NCBI GenBank assembly: GCA_040954595.2
Contig: CM082577.2
Location: 6,126,301-6,190,300, forward strand
DNA length: 64,000 nt
Reading direction: 5' to 3'
From: Balanoglossus misakiensis
Taxonomy: Eukaryota > Animalia > Hemichordata
Positions within the stretch are counted from its first letter, which is position 1, and the number at the start of each line of letters is the position of its first letter. Positions 12,885 to 27,045 of the stretch are shown piece after piece. The position numbers and the translations under genes are program-made. Below the pieces are notes generated by a model that was not told where the DNA came from, did not search any database, and saw only the letters and a program-made list of their open reading frames with translations.

Positions 12885-15800
12885 AAGACAAGCCGGGCTC
12901 ATCATTACCACTGCCGCCCGCGCAATGACCTCGGGTGACCCCGTCGCACTATTGGGAAGGCGTCGTTCTGTCATCAACCCCACTGGCGCAGTATATGGAC
13001 GGATATCGGTTGTTAATACGACGAAAAGATGTTGCAAAAGTCAATGATCACGTTGGATTTAGCAGAGCGACCGACGGCTGAAGCGTTCCTTTGGGCAAAT
13101 TAGTGATAATGTACTATGACAGTAAAATAGGCCCACAATCAACTGCGATCTGGCTGCCTTTGATTACTACTGACAATCTTTCCGGAATATGCACTGCATT
13201 AAAATTGAGGTCATTAGAGAGACGGATTTCTGATCGTTCTGAAACACTGACTATATATACTAACACGTGACTTACAGCCAAGTGGAAATTTCCATCCGTG
13301 AAATTGAAGTCAACATGCCGACGTTCGCGAACGAAATCGGACCACTATTCCCGCTCAATAGGTCATCCCCGGCATCATGGATTATTTCGCGAATTTGCTG
13401 TATATCACGAACTATCGATGTGTTGTATATATCCTCCTTTCGTTTCTTTCTGCAAGCGTACGGACTCCGAATATTCATACTATATTGAATGATACGCTTC
13501 TGTCTTAGATGTTCTTAATGGAATGTGGAATGGGAATACATCACACATCAATTATACTGCTATAGTGCATATATAACACACCAAAATATATAAAAAAGGA
13601 AAAAAATGCAATACAAGTATTTACATCAAAACCTGTTCGACGCCAGAATCAAACTAGGAAAATTGATCTCAACATACGTATGTACCAGTGTCAAAGAACT
13701 ATATCATCTTATTATACCTGTTTCACGAGCTCAAACGTTAAAAAAATATTTTTCCAAAGAACACTTTTGATCTTTTACAAGTCTGTGCAGGGTATTTGAG
13801 TTGCAATGACGTCATTTATGTACGAATGATGTAGAAATTTATTTACACCACGACATAGTGTACCATTTTCGTCTCGTTTACGTCATATTAAAACTCGATG
13901 TACATTAGGATAAAGCAATTTCCGGATATCGCCTCTCTTTTATTTGCATAATTGGTGCACCCACGTTCATGACGTCAGCTACTCTTGTGCATGTCACAGC
14001 GTCGGCAAAACTTCAACTTGGGTATTTTCCAAGCCTGTCAAAAAAATTGTCTAGGAAATGTCGGAATACGTACAATTGGTTATTTTCCCCGATGTGACAT
14101 GCACAAGACCTGTCGGATGCGAAAAACAGCAACCCGGCAGTGTGATTTCTCTCTGCGCATGTATTTTGCAGAATGTTATGGCATACCGAATACTGGTTGT
14201 AAACGACTCACACACTTCAGGGAATAACACAGGAGCATCATTATTCACATGCGGAACAAATGCCAATAAATGTATCGAAAGTTCCAGGTACTTCCGCGCC
14301 AGTCCCAATAATACGTTCACGACCACTAGCTTCCCTGACAATAAAAGGATAACGGAAGCTACGCTTACATTTAAATCGTTCACACAAGTTCGAAGAGAGG
14401 TAATAACACACACGCATGTAATTGCAGGTCGTAAAGTAGCTATACGCTGCATATTTGTATTCCTGCCAGGTTAATATACTTTTCTGTGTACAGTGACTTC
14501 GGGAGTTGTCATACAAAAACAGACTTTAATTTGGTCACGTTCTGTCGATATAGGTAGCTCTTCTATCTATGCTACAATGCAGTTCAATAAATGACAGAGA
14601 AAAAAAATATGGCTTATTGGGTCACATAATCGTCTCAGCACACGTAGCGTACTTTATCCGAAGCCCCTGTCGCTGTAATCTTCGCAGACATATTTTAGAC
14701 CACGGTTGCTTAAACCGGATTGCTTGTGAAAATGTTATTATTTCAATCCATGGCGATTGATTGGGTCGATCAATTTACGCTACCATAGAAAACGTGTAGC
14801 ATGGGAGTGCAAGAAAAGTGCTGGCTCAGCATTTTTTCTCAAAATTTACGTTCTCTCACTTAAAAAGTAGGATGGGAACACCATGTTTTCTATAATTATT
14901 TCCTTACACCGATGTGCAATGTTTAAGTAACAGTCGGGGAAATAACAATATTTATAAGTTTATCGATTTCCTCGCCTTAAAAGGATCGCGACTATGAAAC
15001 AGCTGTGGGTTATGAGACTAGGTATTTCCGCGTACTATAGCGTGTGTTGACATCTACCCTGTATTGGCCCGAGCGTGCAATTTATCACGCGTACCTTTTC
15101 CGGCTTGTCAAATATACTGCAAGGCAAACGCTTTTGCGTCGTGACTCGTGAATGTTGAAATGTGTAGGCACATTGAAATCTCTTCACGGAGCGATTTATC
15201 ATTTTGATTTGAACTAGATTTTTTTACAACTAGTTAGAATCCATATGTTGTGGGAGATTATAAGAAAGGGTTTTCGCAAAGCATCGGATTTCTCGTGGGC
15301 TTTTGTATCCGAATGCGATTCAGAAAACTGTATACGTATATACAAACGGGATTCTCTATTATGTATCACGATATTAGCTGTGTGTCTGGGAGGCGAAAAG
15401 ACTGCTTGTGTTCAGAGGAATCCGATGGTATCAATAGCAAATGAGGTTAATCGCGCATGGGTAGCGACAGTCAGCGGCAATTTCTACAAGAGGGAACTTT
15501 GCGCGGTCGCATCAGAGTTTATTTTAAACGTCGCGAAGTTCTAAAGGGAAAAGGCCGGGCAACAATGCATCAACAAAGCCGGGGTGGTGCCATGTGTGAC
15601 GCGTTGACGGTCGGGCGGTCGCGTTAACGGCCGGGCGTTTACAGCCAATTTCGTTTCGGGGTGCAAACCGATCGATACACGACAACCCGGGGAATTGCCG
15701 GGTCCTTTTTTACGCGGGGAGCCATCGCAAATACACACAGCAGCTGTCAGAGTCGCGCGCGTGGAAGTGTCAATCGTGGATTTCTAATTACCAATCGCGT

Positions 15801-18501
15801 TCCGCGATTTTTATCGCTTGATAATATAAAGCGATCGCGAGAAGCGATAACAGTATGGAGTCACGTGACGGAGCATGACTGTTTTAGAGTCACCTGTTTC
15901 ACTCACACGGGCTGTTATCGCAGAATAGAGTGTTTGTTTGCAGAAGACCTGCTGCACCAAAAGCAAATGGACGCAGTCACAGTTTGGTCCAACGTTCGTC
16001 TCTGAACAAACGACGCTAACGCGTATACAATCGAAACTATAACGAGCAAAATATAAACCAATGAAACTTGAAGTCAGTGAAACGCGTTGGGTTTCGCCCA
16101 AGTAACACCAATTATCTTCGATGACGCAATCCAAAACTATTCTCGGAGATACTGGTAACTGTATTAATTTTTAAAAAAAAGTCTATTAAAATGGCCGACG
16201 ATTGACGCCCAAATTATAACAACGTCGTAGAACTTCTTGACGTGTGACCTGTGTGTCAATTTAAAGAAAACAACTGAGGATAAAAACTAAATTTTCGGTA
16301 CTCATAATCTCTATGCTTTCAATGCGCAGAAAACCTTGAGATGTATCCATTAAGCTTATCGATCTGAAACTAGAGCTTGCGCTTTCATTAAGAATTTGGT
16401 GTTTAAACTAAATGCGTAACCAGACATATCCATACTCTCTCTCTCTTTCTCTCTCTGTGTCTTTATCTAATTTATGTACGTATGTATGTATGTCAAAACT
16501 GCTTCTTGTACCTTCATTTGTATTGCCGCACTTGAACACCAGACTAATTAATTCCACATCATCTGGATTAGGTATTTCACATGTCATTGCCTCAGACAAG
16601 TGGACGCTGCGATTACTCCTAACACGTGTCGTTTGTTCTTGGTAGAGTGAATTTTCAACTGTTATAATTTATGGTGTAATAAGTCCAGTCAAGTCTGAAA
16701 GTCACAATGGAATTATACAATATTACTAATGGGAAGTCTATAATTTGGTTCAGTTCCAATACTGTGTCACTCATAGCACACATCTCAAAACGTTCTGTTT
16801 TAGTGACGCGGTTGTATATCTTTGTGGTCCAATTTCGTTATATTAAAGTTCGCCTGTTTCTTCCACAGCGTTTCTTCCAAGGCAAGTTCTATTAATCCTT
16901 ATCTCTGTGTGGTGTTCTCAGTGCATGGCACATTTTTTCGAAATAAAAATAGGTTTCACAATGGTTTATCGGGTCATATAAAAACATGTCTGCTCAGTGC
17001 TTTATGAATTTTGGACTAGGGCGATATTAGACCGTGACGGAAACACCCCAACCCTTCATCGACGGTTCGTCTGTATTAGGACGACCGGTAACCATGGCAG
17101 CGGGCGCGCAAGGCAACACGTGCCGGACAAGCCTCTCGTGCATGCACCGTACGGTTCGTAGAGCAATAATTAGCGCGGCAATTGGAGGCCGTCAGCGGTC
17201 GACGAGCACGCATGAGTAAACAATTTCACGGCGTGGTTGACGCGCACAGAGCGCGCCAGCGACGCGGCGTTGCAGACCCTTTGTGCTTGCCTCGGGGAAA
17301 TCGGTTGGAATCGATCGCCTAAAGTTGCCCGCAACCATACAATTGCCAGGGATTTGAGCACCGAATTTTAAGCTCCGTGAGATGGATTTTGTCACGTACG
17401 CCTTGGCCGCGACGCGATCAGATAATCACCTCGTGAAACATTTATTCAACGCCGCTTGTGTTTGTTAAAAGTTGCGATGATATCGAATAATAGTGTGAAA
17501 AAGAAACGAAACAGTTTATATTGAGATATATCCTTTATGGACAAGTTTTTGTCGTGAAAATGTCTCCCTAATAGAGAGGTGTCCACATTCTGTGACGAGA
17601 TGGATAGTAAACCTCTCAGCCAATGGTCTTACACGTAACAATCCCGTCCAAAAAGGGGTTACATCATGCCTGTAGACTCTCACTGGAGGAGTAGAAAACT
17701 TGTCTCGAAGAAAAGTTCCAATCATTTTCTCATTAAGGTAAACGCTACGCTGGTGTTTGGTGCACGACAAAATGTACACATCCACGTCGTTCGACACAGG
17801 TCCAAAACTTTCCCTCCCACCAAGAGACATGTGGACAAACGGAGAGAAAGCCACGCCGCACCGACACCTTTTTCACATGGCACAGCGGCCGCTGCATGGG
17901 GGCTGCATGGATGGCCATGGGCGCACACGTCCACAGACAGGGCTATTGTCTGTTAAACACTGGGCTTTGTTTCTCGGTACAAACGCTACCCTTAGTGCGT
18001 GTGTAATTTGACACCGATAGCTGTAGAGAGGGACATCTATGCATATGCCAATTTAAGCGTTGCGTATACAGTTATTATTATTGTTACAAACTCCAAAAAG
18101 AGGTCCGTTATTTAATCAAGTCATGTCGTCCTTAATTAAATTCCCCAGTTTTTTAAGAACCGACAACATTTCTACAAGTAACTCGCGGATTTATCGGGTA
18201 CATCAAGCCTATTAAGTAAACGTTTTTGGTCCGCCTTTGTGAAAATCGCGTACGGCAATACTCTGTTAAAACGGACTGCGTACTTTTCATACCAACACGT
18301 GATCAACGAACGGTATTTTCGCCGTCAAAGTTTAACAGGGTTAATCCAGTATTGTACTTTTGTGGACCAGTGTCGCGGCCGGCCAGACCTATTGTCGAAT
18401 TGAACGCTTATTTACCGTTGTCAGTGCGCGTTTATACGAGATACTTTTTGGTTAAATGCAAAATAGTAAAAACTGTGAAAAATATTCTGTAGCATGGGGC
18501 A

Positions 18502-18694
18502 TTAAAGGTATACGGTCACCTATGGAAAATTAGCTATAGTTACCATGGCAAAATGAGATCTAGCCAATCACTGATTTTCAGTGGGTGGCACACGCGAAAA
18601 AAAGAGCGCCACCATATGTTCTTTAGAACGCTCAAATACGACAGTTCAGCCATATATGGGCGTATGTAAATTGGAGGTGACTGTACACCTTTAA
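18502..18694 (+). mobile_element. Non-autonomous DNA transposon (MITE), Kolobok-like, family 1 copy 1
   Basis: TTAA on both sides; terminal inverted repeats AGGTATACGGTCACCT / AGGTGACTGTACACCT; similar second copy at 21857-22038. TTAA target duplication with purine-purine termini fits Kolobok rather than piggyBac. Confidence 0.85.
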
Positions 18695-19243
18695 ACCACC
18701 TGGTACATTTGTAGCATGAAACACCAAATTACATGTACCTTTGGATTCGATTTCCAAGCATGGTTAACTTTGCTGTATTTATATATCAAGTCTCAGTCCG
18801 CAGAATGACTTTCTCTACAAAGCGTGCTTTTTTATAACACCACGTTCTTTTCTTTCACTCTTTCTTCTGTTTGTTTTCCACCGCGACCGAGTCCGTGACT
18901 TTTTGTCCAAAAATCGATACTTCGCATCGATTTTCAATTAATATATTCGCGACTGTCAGCTGTCGCGGCCCGGGAAGTTTCAAAGCGGTCTGTGTGGTCG
19001 GCGAAAATGGCGTGCCGCGCAAATAGGGATAAACGAACAGCTGGTCCTCGGTTGGTTCAAAAGACGATCATAGCAGATAAGCCAGGGTGCTGATTCGGGG
19101 TACATGTAGTTCGCGCCTCGGGATAAATTTCCAGGAAAATGATAGTCCCCCCAAACCCTCTGAATTCTTTGCTATATTTTAGAAAATAAAGAAGAAAACT
19201 AGTTTTCTCATAACAAACACTGATACTATCCCTCTTTCGATAA

Positions 19244-19868
19244 CTGGATATGACGATCGCAACGGGTGACGATTTTTTTGTCAGTCTTGACAATTGGCAC
19301 CCGGCTTCGTGACCCAAGTAAATCTGGCAAACAACGCATACAAATTTAGCATAAATTGATTAATTAGAATCGGGGTAAAATATATCAAACAGTGTGTGCG
19401 TTTTAAATTTTAAATGAAAAAGTTGAAATATTGAACTACCGTAAAGCCTCAGAGGTTGATGACTATGAAGTCTATTTTTGGATAATATTTCCAATGGGCA
19501 AATGTTGTTTACAACTTAGAAAGTCTACGTAAATTAGGTCAGCTCTTGTCGCCGATTTATACCTCACGCTTCGAAACAACACGATGACAAATATGCTGAA
19601 GAAGAGAAACGATACAGATCGATAGCCGTGGGGTTTCAGGGATGCAATGATCTTTGTTCGGCTATACCGAAAACAAGTGTCTGTTATTCAGAGTATACGT
19701 TTCCAACGATTTGAAAATGAGCGCTTTTTCATAACAGATAAAATAACAGAATCCTTCTTTCAATTATGGATCTGGATCTATCAACGGGTGGTGTGTTTGT
19801 TTCCCTTCAGTCTTGACAATTAGCATCTGGCCACGTGACCTATGTAAATTGAATCTGGCGAAGAACAC
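19244..19868 (+). repeat. Diverged direct duplication of ~90 bp (19244-19335 and 19771-19868)
   Basis: Both units share ctggat..caacgggtg...tcagtcttgacaattRgcaYcYggcYWcgtgaccYaWgtaaa...atctggc. Confidence 0.75.
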
Positions 19869-20896
19869 CGCCACTGTGTTTATCCTGAGCAATAAGCCAT
19901 GCGAATAAGCCTTGCCAGCATTAGCCATTTAACAAAAGCGGGAGGGTAAGACATCTCGCGGTGTTTGCGTTTTGCAAGTCACCCACGAAAAATGGGAGAA
20001 TGTTTTTTTCGGCAGTTTACGAGTGCATTTTACTAAAAGTTTAACAAAATTCAAGTCAATCTAGATAAGACAAGTCTTCGCGTCATCTCAATAATGTTGG
20101 CTCGCTTCAACATACCCGAATGACAAAAGAGCACCAGACTTTAAACATATCTGAGCACGGTCATGAAAAGACAGTCTCTCCACAAATTTAAGTGACATGA
20201 AACAAGCGATCACGCAAATATGCACCAAATCAACAACAATCTAACAAACATAGACTCCAGGGTCTACGGTCCAACGCTTAACGGTTTGCAACAAGATCTC
20301 ACAAACACGGAGCACATTTGTGGGTCGCTAGTCTGATTGCTGTCTGTCGGTAGGAATGTACACGTCTATTAGCCGCCATCACCGCGGAGACCCTGTTCTG
20401 AGACATGCGCGATCGACAACCAATACTATCTGCTTAAAGTATGAATATTTCAAGCCACGAAATGCATCAATGCACACAACACAGGGTTGGTAATCTGACT
20501 TCGCTGCATATGCTCCGTTCCCCCGACCTTTCAAACGCGGGTGAACGACCCTTTTCCGTTGGCGCTTTATTTAACCGACCTAGACACGAAACGGCTTTAA
20601 CTGATGTGTTATTTGTGTCGATAGTCACGAATCGTGCCGTGTTGGTTATTTATTACCTCAACAAATTATGTACATTGTGTATTGATAAACAACAGTGCCC
20701 TCCTTAAATGAGTAAACGGCATTTGTATTTTACCTAGTACATGTAATCATTCAGGGAATACTTTTTATTGTCACGTCAGCATTATGAGGATGTTACCTTC
20801 GTCATCCAGACAGGTTGATGATTTGACAAAAACATACTGGACAAAGACTTAATGACCTTGTTTATGTCATAATTTAAATCTACAAATAGATTTCTG

Positions 20897-21048
20897 ATTC
20901 ATTCATTCATTCATTCATTCATTCATTCATTCATTCATTCATTCATTCATTCATTCATTCATTCATTCATTCATTCATTCATTCATAAAGCAGCCTAATA
21001 TACTATGTCCATCATTATCTGATTGGTTGGTTGGTTGGTTGGTTGGTT
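20897..21048. repeat. Microsatellites (ATTC)n 20897-20986 and (TTGG)n 21023-21048
   Basis: Directly visible tandem arrays. Confidence 0.97.
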
Positions 21049-21856
21049 GATTGTAACACAGTCCTTTTGACACTGAAAAGTTATGACCCTGGACGATGTA
21101 ACACATGTCCATACTATCAACTCGATAAGTTAAGTTAAAAGGTAGCGTATATCTATAACGTCCTTGCATTGAATTTGACTTTTGTAAGCGGACTGTGGCA
21201 GAGCCGGTTGCTTCGCTGAGTACCCACGCACATTAGCAAGCCTGTTTAATTGGCGACTAATCTCGGAGTCCCCGGAAAGGATTTCATTTTCCGAGGGAAA
21301 AAAAAGATGATTATCCTTCTGAGTGACAGCAAACGTTCACACGCTTCTCATCGCTTAGTGTTATTGTTATCTAGTCAGGAAGTGATTTGAATTCGCAGAA
21401 TCGCCAGATAAGCCAGCGAGGAAATGGATTAAGGTAGGCGGTCTCACGAACGAACGCTTTCTAACGAACCCAGATAAATCTCGTTCAGAGACGTAGAGGG
21501 GGTGTGTATGATAATATTAAATTACGACGTATTTCCAAACCAATCATGCATAATACATCGTGCTTGCATTTCAATATGCAAGGAAACATTTTAAACACGC
21601 AATATAATTTATAGTATGTAAACGTCCTTGTTTCAAAGAAACGATTGGCAGAGTTTTGTCAAAGAGGGCGCTCGTCAACAGATTGCAGACAGACGGTCAG
21701 GATTTTTCATGTAGACTTGTTTGTTCTACATTGTATTTTGTTGTGTTGTTTTCCTTTTTACCAGGATTGCTTATATATTTGCGTAGCGACTCCGCAGCAA
21801 AAGGGGTCATTTCAAATGAAGAACACGTCCAGATTCCACGAGTCCACGACCTCGTA

Positions 21857-22038
21857 TTAAAGGTATACGGTCACCTATACAAATTTAGCCACAGTTACCA
21901 TGGTAAATCGAGATCTAACCAATCACAGATTTTCAGTGGGTGGCACACGCGAAAATAAAGCGTTCTTTAGAACACTCAAATACGCCATTTCAACTATATA
22001 TGGCGATATGTGAATTGGAGGTGACCGTATACCTTTAA
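21857..22038 (+). mobile_element. Kolobok-like MITE, family 1 copy 2
   Basis: TTAA flanks, perfect 16-bp TIR AGGTATACGGTCACCT / AGGTGACCGTATACCT; internal sequence aligns with 18506-18690 apart from a small internal deletion. Confidence 0.87.
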
Positions 22039-25000
22039 GTGAAAGCCTGGAACGATTATAACTTATATATAGTAGTTGCTGGCCGCTGTATCATGTGCAT
22101 AACGGGGGCCTTAATCAGCTTAAAGTGATGTGGCAATCTTGCAGCAGATGTCACTCAACGCCGACGCACATTCAACATGTTTCTGGCTCTCCCGTCACTG
22201 ATTTTGTTTTGTAATGATAGCAAATACATGCCATGCTTGGTTGATATATGACCTTTCTCTTTTCCGTCGAAAAGATTTTTCGGGAATGAAAAATGGCTTT
22301 GATTGCAACTGTTGATGTGCGAAGTGTCATACATTTGTCAATCTGCAGATTTCTCTGCAATAGATCAGAATGCACCTACAGGTGCACTTTGACCTGTAGC
22401 AGAACAACAACTAGAACGCTTTGCACTATATTTGGATTCATTCTTTACGGGGCGGGACGTCCAAAGCTCATGCCATCCGGATTTGTCAAGTGTGCACAAA
22501 TCCGGAACTGGGTTCGTCACGACTTTTGGTAAAACGTCTAACAATACATATTATTTTGTCGCCTAGCTCTGTTCAGTCAAATAAGATGGCTTGAGATGTA
22601 GATGGTTTATAAAAAGGAACCCCGGAATATGATGTGTTGAAGTGCTTCATTTTCCCCTCAAAGGCGGAAATTACTGGAAGCATTAACGGGGTTTCAGCCG
22701 ATTTTAGAAATCTTCGGGATTCAGTAAGCGTGACTGGTGAAACCTAACTGTGTATTAAATGGTTTCACGGTTGCTGTAAAAAATCTATAATCTGTCGTGA
22801 CGTCACTTGAGAATAATGACCGTGTGGGCGCCTGAATTCTCCCTGATTTATGATGATTGAAAACGAATCAACCGCCATTTTGCCGCCTTTTATTAAAAGT
22901 GACGTTCATAACCTGCGCACTGGTGCATGCGAATACAGATCATATCACAAAGGCAACAATCCTAAGTCAGACACCCACACTTTGCCGACATGTCATACCC
23001 GGTAACTATTGTGCCACACACACCAGGATTTCAACAAAACAGCTGGGGGAGGAAGAAAGTTCTTCCAGGATATGGTTCAAACATCTTTGGGTCGACCTTT
23101 AAAACCAAGCCGGCCTAACCAACCTTTCCACTTCCTTATTGTATTAAAGGTCTCCATTCTTTGTCAACAAACGAAAGGGAGTGTTCTGCGGTATAGGCCG
23201 CGGACGGAAATGATTTTGAGATTTAAGATTTTTATTAAGTACCCGTGACAAAACTCGACATCTGAGCTATTTATTGGTGGTGCGGATTACTGAATAAGTA
23301 CAGGGATTTTGTTGCATTTCTTCCGTGCACGAGCCACGGTTCGCCTCATTCAACAAAATGCCGGAAAATATGATTTAATAAACAAACACACTCAGGATAG
23401 TCTTGGACTTACCACAAAAAATGTTAGCATTTTTTCGGTTTCACGTTAAAATTTATTTGATGACTGAAACACACTGAATTGACAGATGTCACAACACGCA
23501 TATACACAAATTCTTTATGACGTAATTTCAGGCCTATATATAGTCGCATAAATTATCTCAACGAATGAATGTTATTTCTGGTACACACACGAGGAAAGCG
23601 TAGAATGAAACAACTGATCATAAGGAAGAAACACAAGAGAAAGACCAAGTCATCAAAAGACTGTGGAAATCCCTCCCGAATCCCTCCAAACCCGGATGTT
23701 ATAAGCTGGGACGTATATCATAGCCAATAACCTTACAAAAAGGGGGACGAACAGCCTACTCTAGCGCCTCTAATAAGACTACATGTACTTGAGAACAAAC
23801 GAGAGCAGACGATTAATTCTTGATTGCAGATAGTGACACTCTGAGGTAACATTTGAAGGCTAGTGACATTTTGCCCCATATGTCTTGTTTGTAAGTATAT
23901 ACACTGCCATATACACTGCGTGTGCATCTATCCCGACGCGGAAGTTATCATAACACCTTCCTGTAAGTTAGAACTGTATTGATGGTCGCTGCCTTGAAAA
24001 GCAGTCACGCATAAGTCAGTCAACGCTAGCCACGATAATCAGCACGTGAGTGCCCTTTCGACGCACGGCCTTCACTTTTTTTAAAACCATAAACACGGTG
24101 ATAAATCTCCTGGCATCAATACGACAAGAATCGTGAGACGAGTTGCCACAACGCGTCGACGATACCCTGTTGTTTCGCGAGTCAGGACAACACAAGACGC
24201 CGGGGTGGTGGTGGTAGTGGGGGTTTCTTGGACATTTTCACTCACACCGTGCAGTATCACGCGACACACACTGTGTACAGAGAAACGCGAGCTATCGAAT
24301 ATTCGTCTGTTTGACAAAAACAGAACTATCTACCGGGTGGCTCAGTGCACACATGTCCTTCAATGGGCATCATGAATATAAATCATGATTAGCACATAAA
24401 AGACAAACAGGTGATATTTGCGGGACCAAGGTAAACCGCATGCGGGAACCACGCTTCAAAGACCATGTGAAGAAGGCAAAACGTAAAATGTGGTGATACA
24501 TACAGATTGGGAATACCACGTTAGATTTAAATAATAACACATGTTAGCGAGGGCAATATCATGATCTTTAGCCTGATCGAGGGATGGTGATCCCTGACCA
24601 TAATATTGATGATGCCCGAGCCGCAGGCGAGGGTATAATCAATAAAAGAGTTTAAGGCGACTTGCCCCAAATTTTCTTGCAGTTGACAAAATTAAAGGCC
24701 GGAATATTTTAGCAAGGATCGACTGTGAAACACAGCGGGGAAACTCTCACAGCAGTGTAACGAAGGGCTGCCACACGTGTGTGTGAACAGCTGTGCCAGC
24801 CCAGTGTCTCACACACCTTTTATTAGCCTCTAAAACTTTCTACGTAATGTCAAAATAATAACCACAACACAGCTATTTCAGAGTATCGTACATGTGCCTA
24901 ACTCTATAAGTAAAACGCTGAAAAGGGGCTGCTTCAGAGTTTACAAATTTACAGTGCTATTACACAGGTGTGAAGTTATAGGTCCCACATTTTCTTGCGA

Positions 25001-27000
25001 CCGTGATTTAATGCATTGGAGTGCAATAAACGTTTTCACTGCATTTATCAAGATTTTTTTGTCTTGAGTTGAGACATCTAAACGATGATCTGACGGAGAA
25101 ATTGTAAACTGACGGTGTTGTGGTGGATACCAAAGATCTAGTTTTAAAAAATAACTGGGCTAGCCTATTAAATAAGTGGGACGTCAAGTTTGTGGCGCGA
25201 TAAAACTGACAGCAGATGTTTACAATATCATCGACACGATTTTAATTATTTGCAACATGGTGTCGTTTTCCCCTCCAGAACATTTAACGTCATCTACATA
25301 TTTGTGAATGATAGCCTTATATGATGGAAAACACGATGGAGAGACGAGATCACTGCCTTGAAAATATAATATGTGTCGAGGTCGTCGTCTGGTGTCCTCG
25401 CGCCAATTCCTTTGGTGACGATCGCCTACCGCTTCAGAGTCACCCAGCGATCTCGTTCGCGAAACAAACATCCGGGAACGCACACATACACGGACACACC
25501 AAACGACACCAACACAAAAATGGCAACTTATAGTAGAGAAGATCGAGGTAATAGCTAAAGATTATACAGTGAGGAGGTTATCAAAAAAAATGTTTGTCGA
25601 CAGATTCGAAATAACATGCATTTGCTTGTTTGTTTGTTTGTTTGCAGCCCTATAATGCAAATGTATCCTGCTGTGCAAATGCAAATGTGATCGTAAACAG
25701 TACTGCACGATACAGGTATTATCTTCTCCAGCTGATGCAGTTTCTTGACTGGCTTCACGTGAATTTACACAATCTGGGGGAACTGATGTAAAATTCATTA
25801 AATATTGATACCCGTACGACTTATACAAGGCACTGAAAGTAGATCCGGGCAACGGGCTAGCAGTAATCGATTGCGTTGGTTCTATCAAAAGCTGCAAAGC
25901 AAATAGAAGGACATGACCTACATTCTGCGGCGATTGGCGGCAAAATATTACATGTAATTAGTGAAGCGCACGCGCGTGTATATAAATGGCGCTGGAGTGA
26001 GTCAGTGCGGCCGAATCATCACGCATAATTCCTTGCCATTTGTTTTGCAATCTGAAAACCTCCCATCTGCTCCTAGTTGTTTGTTAAAAGCATGAGTAAA
26101 CGGGTGCATGTGATGACTCAGCGAAACTTCGTTCAAAAGGCGTTTCTGCGCGCTTCACGCGATGTCACGACAGGGCTCGGTGATTCACGATCGTGCTGGA
26201 GCGATTGGCGCCCAGAAGGTGAATGAACTAAGTGGTCACGATGTTTGTGTAATTGTTGTCTTAACAGTGAGATCTCTGCAACGCTACAGTCTTCATATTT
26301 GCGATATACTAGTAGCTGCAATATACTTCACTTATGCTAGCCTTAATTTCAGAAACAATTTCGCCGCCATTTTTACTCACGCCCACACATACTACATCGT
26401 TAAATCTCGACTCCACTATAAAAATAACTGTCGCACGCCTGGATGTTAAAATACTTCGTTTTCAAAGAAAATAGAGGTCAGATATGAATACAATTTTAGC
26501 CTTAAAATAAATTGGGAAAGTTGAACTAAATAAGTACCAAACAGAAGAGTGGAAATACTTCTCAGCTGCGTTTTGACGAGAGACTCCGTGTACATAATAG
26601 TTGTGATAAAATGTCACACAAAGTAGCTGCAGTGAAACAATGAACCCTCCCAAAGCCTGCCAGAAAGGTTAAAATTATACAAACATCGGTTTTAAAGTGT
26701 CGCCCGAAATACAATATGCAACATGAGCTCGACGAGACAGTGTAGAAAATAAATAAATAAATAAATAAAAGATAAATTTGACTTAAATTTGTATTTCAAA
26801 GTAATCAGAGATGCAACTTGAAATAATTATCATTGTAAGTAAATTATCCTGTTCTCCACAAATTCAATCTTAGAGTCTGTTAGAATGGGAATGGCACAGT
26901 TTACACCATTGCAAACAATGTGTTGTTACTTTTAAATCACTTTCTCGGTCTACTTGTATAGGTATCATGGCGGTGCAATGCCCACGACTGTTTTTATAAA

Positions 27001-27045
27001 AACAAATGTCGCGCATGTGCAGTTCCGGCGACCTGCTATCTTTAA
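27001..27045 (-). mobile_element. Solo terminus of a second TTAA-type (Kolobok-like) transposon family
   Basis: Reverse complement TTAAAGATAGCAGGTCGCCGGAACTGCACATGCGCGAC resembles TTAAAGGGGAAGGTCGTCTGAACTGCGTATGCGCGAC at 50657. Confidence 0.55.

Noticed and set aside
12186-13037. 283-aa minus-strand ORF
   Set aside because: Antisense shadow of the GC-rich last exon of Cbx A; no recognisable motif.
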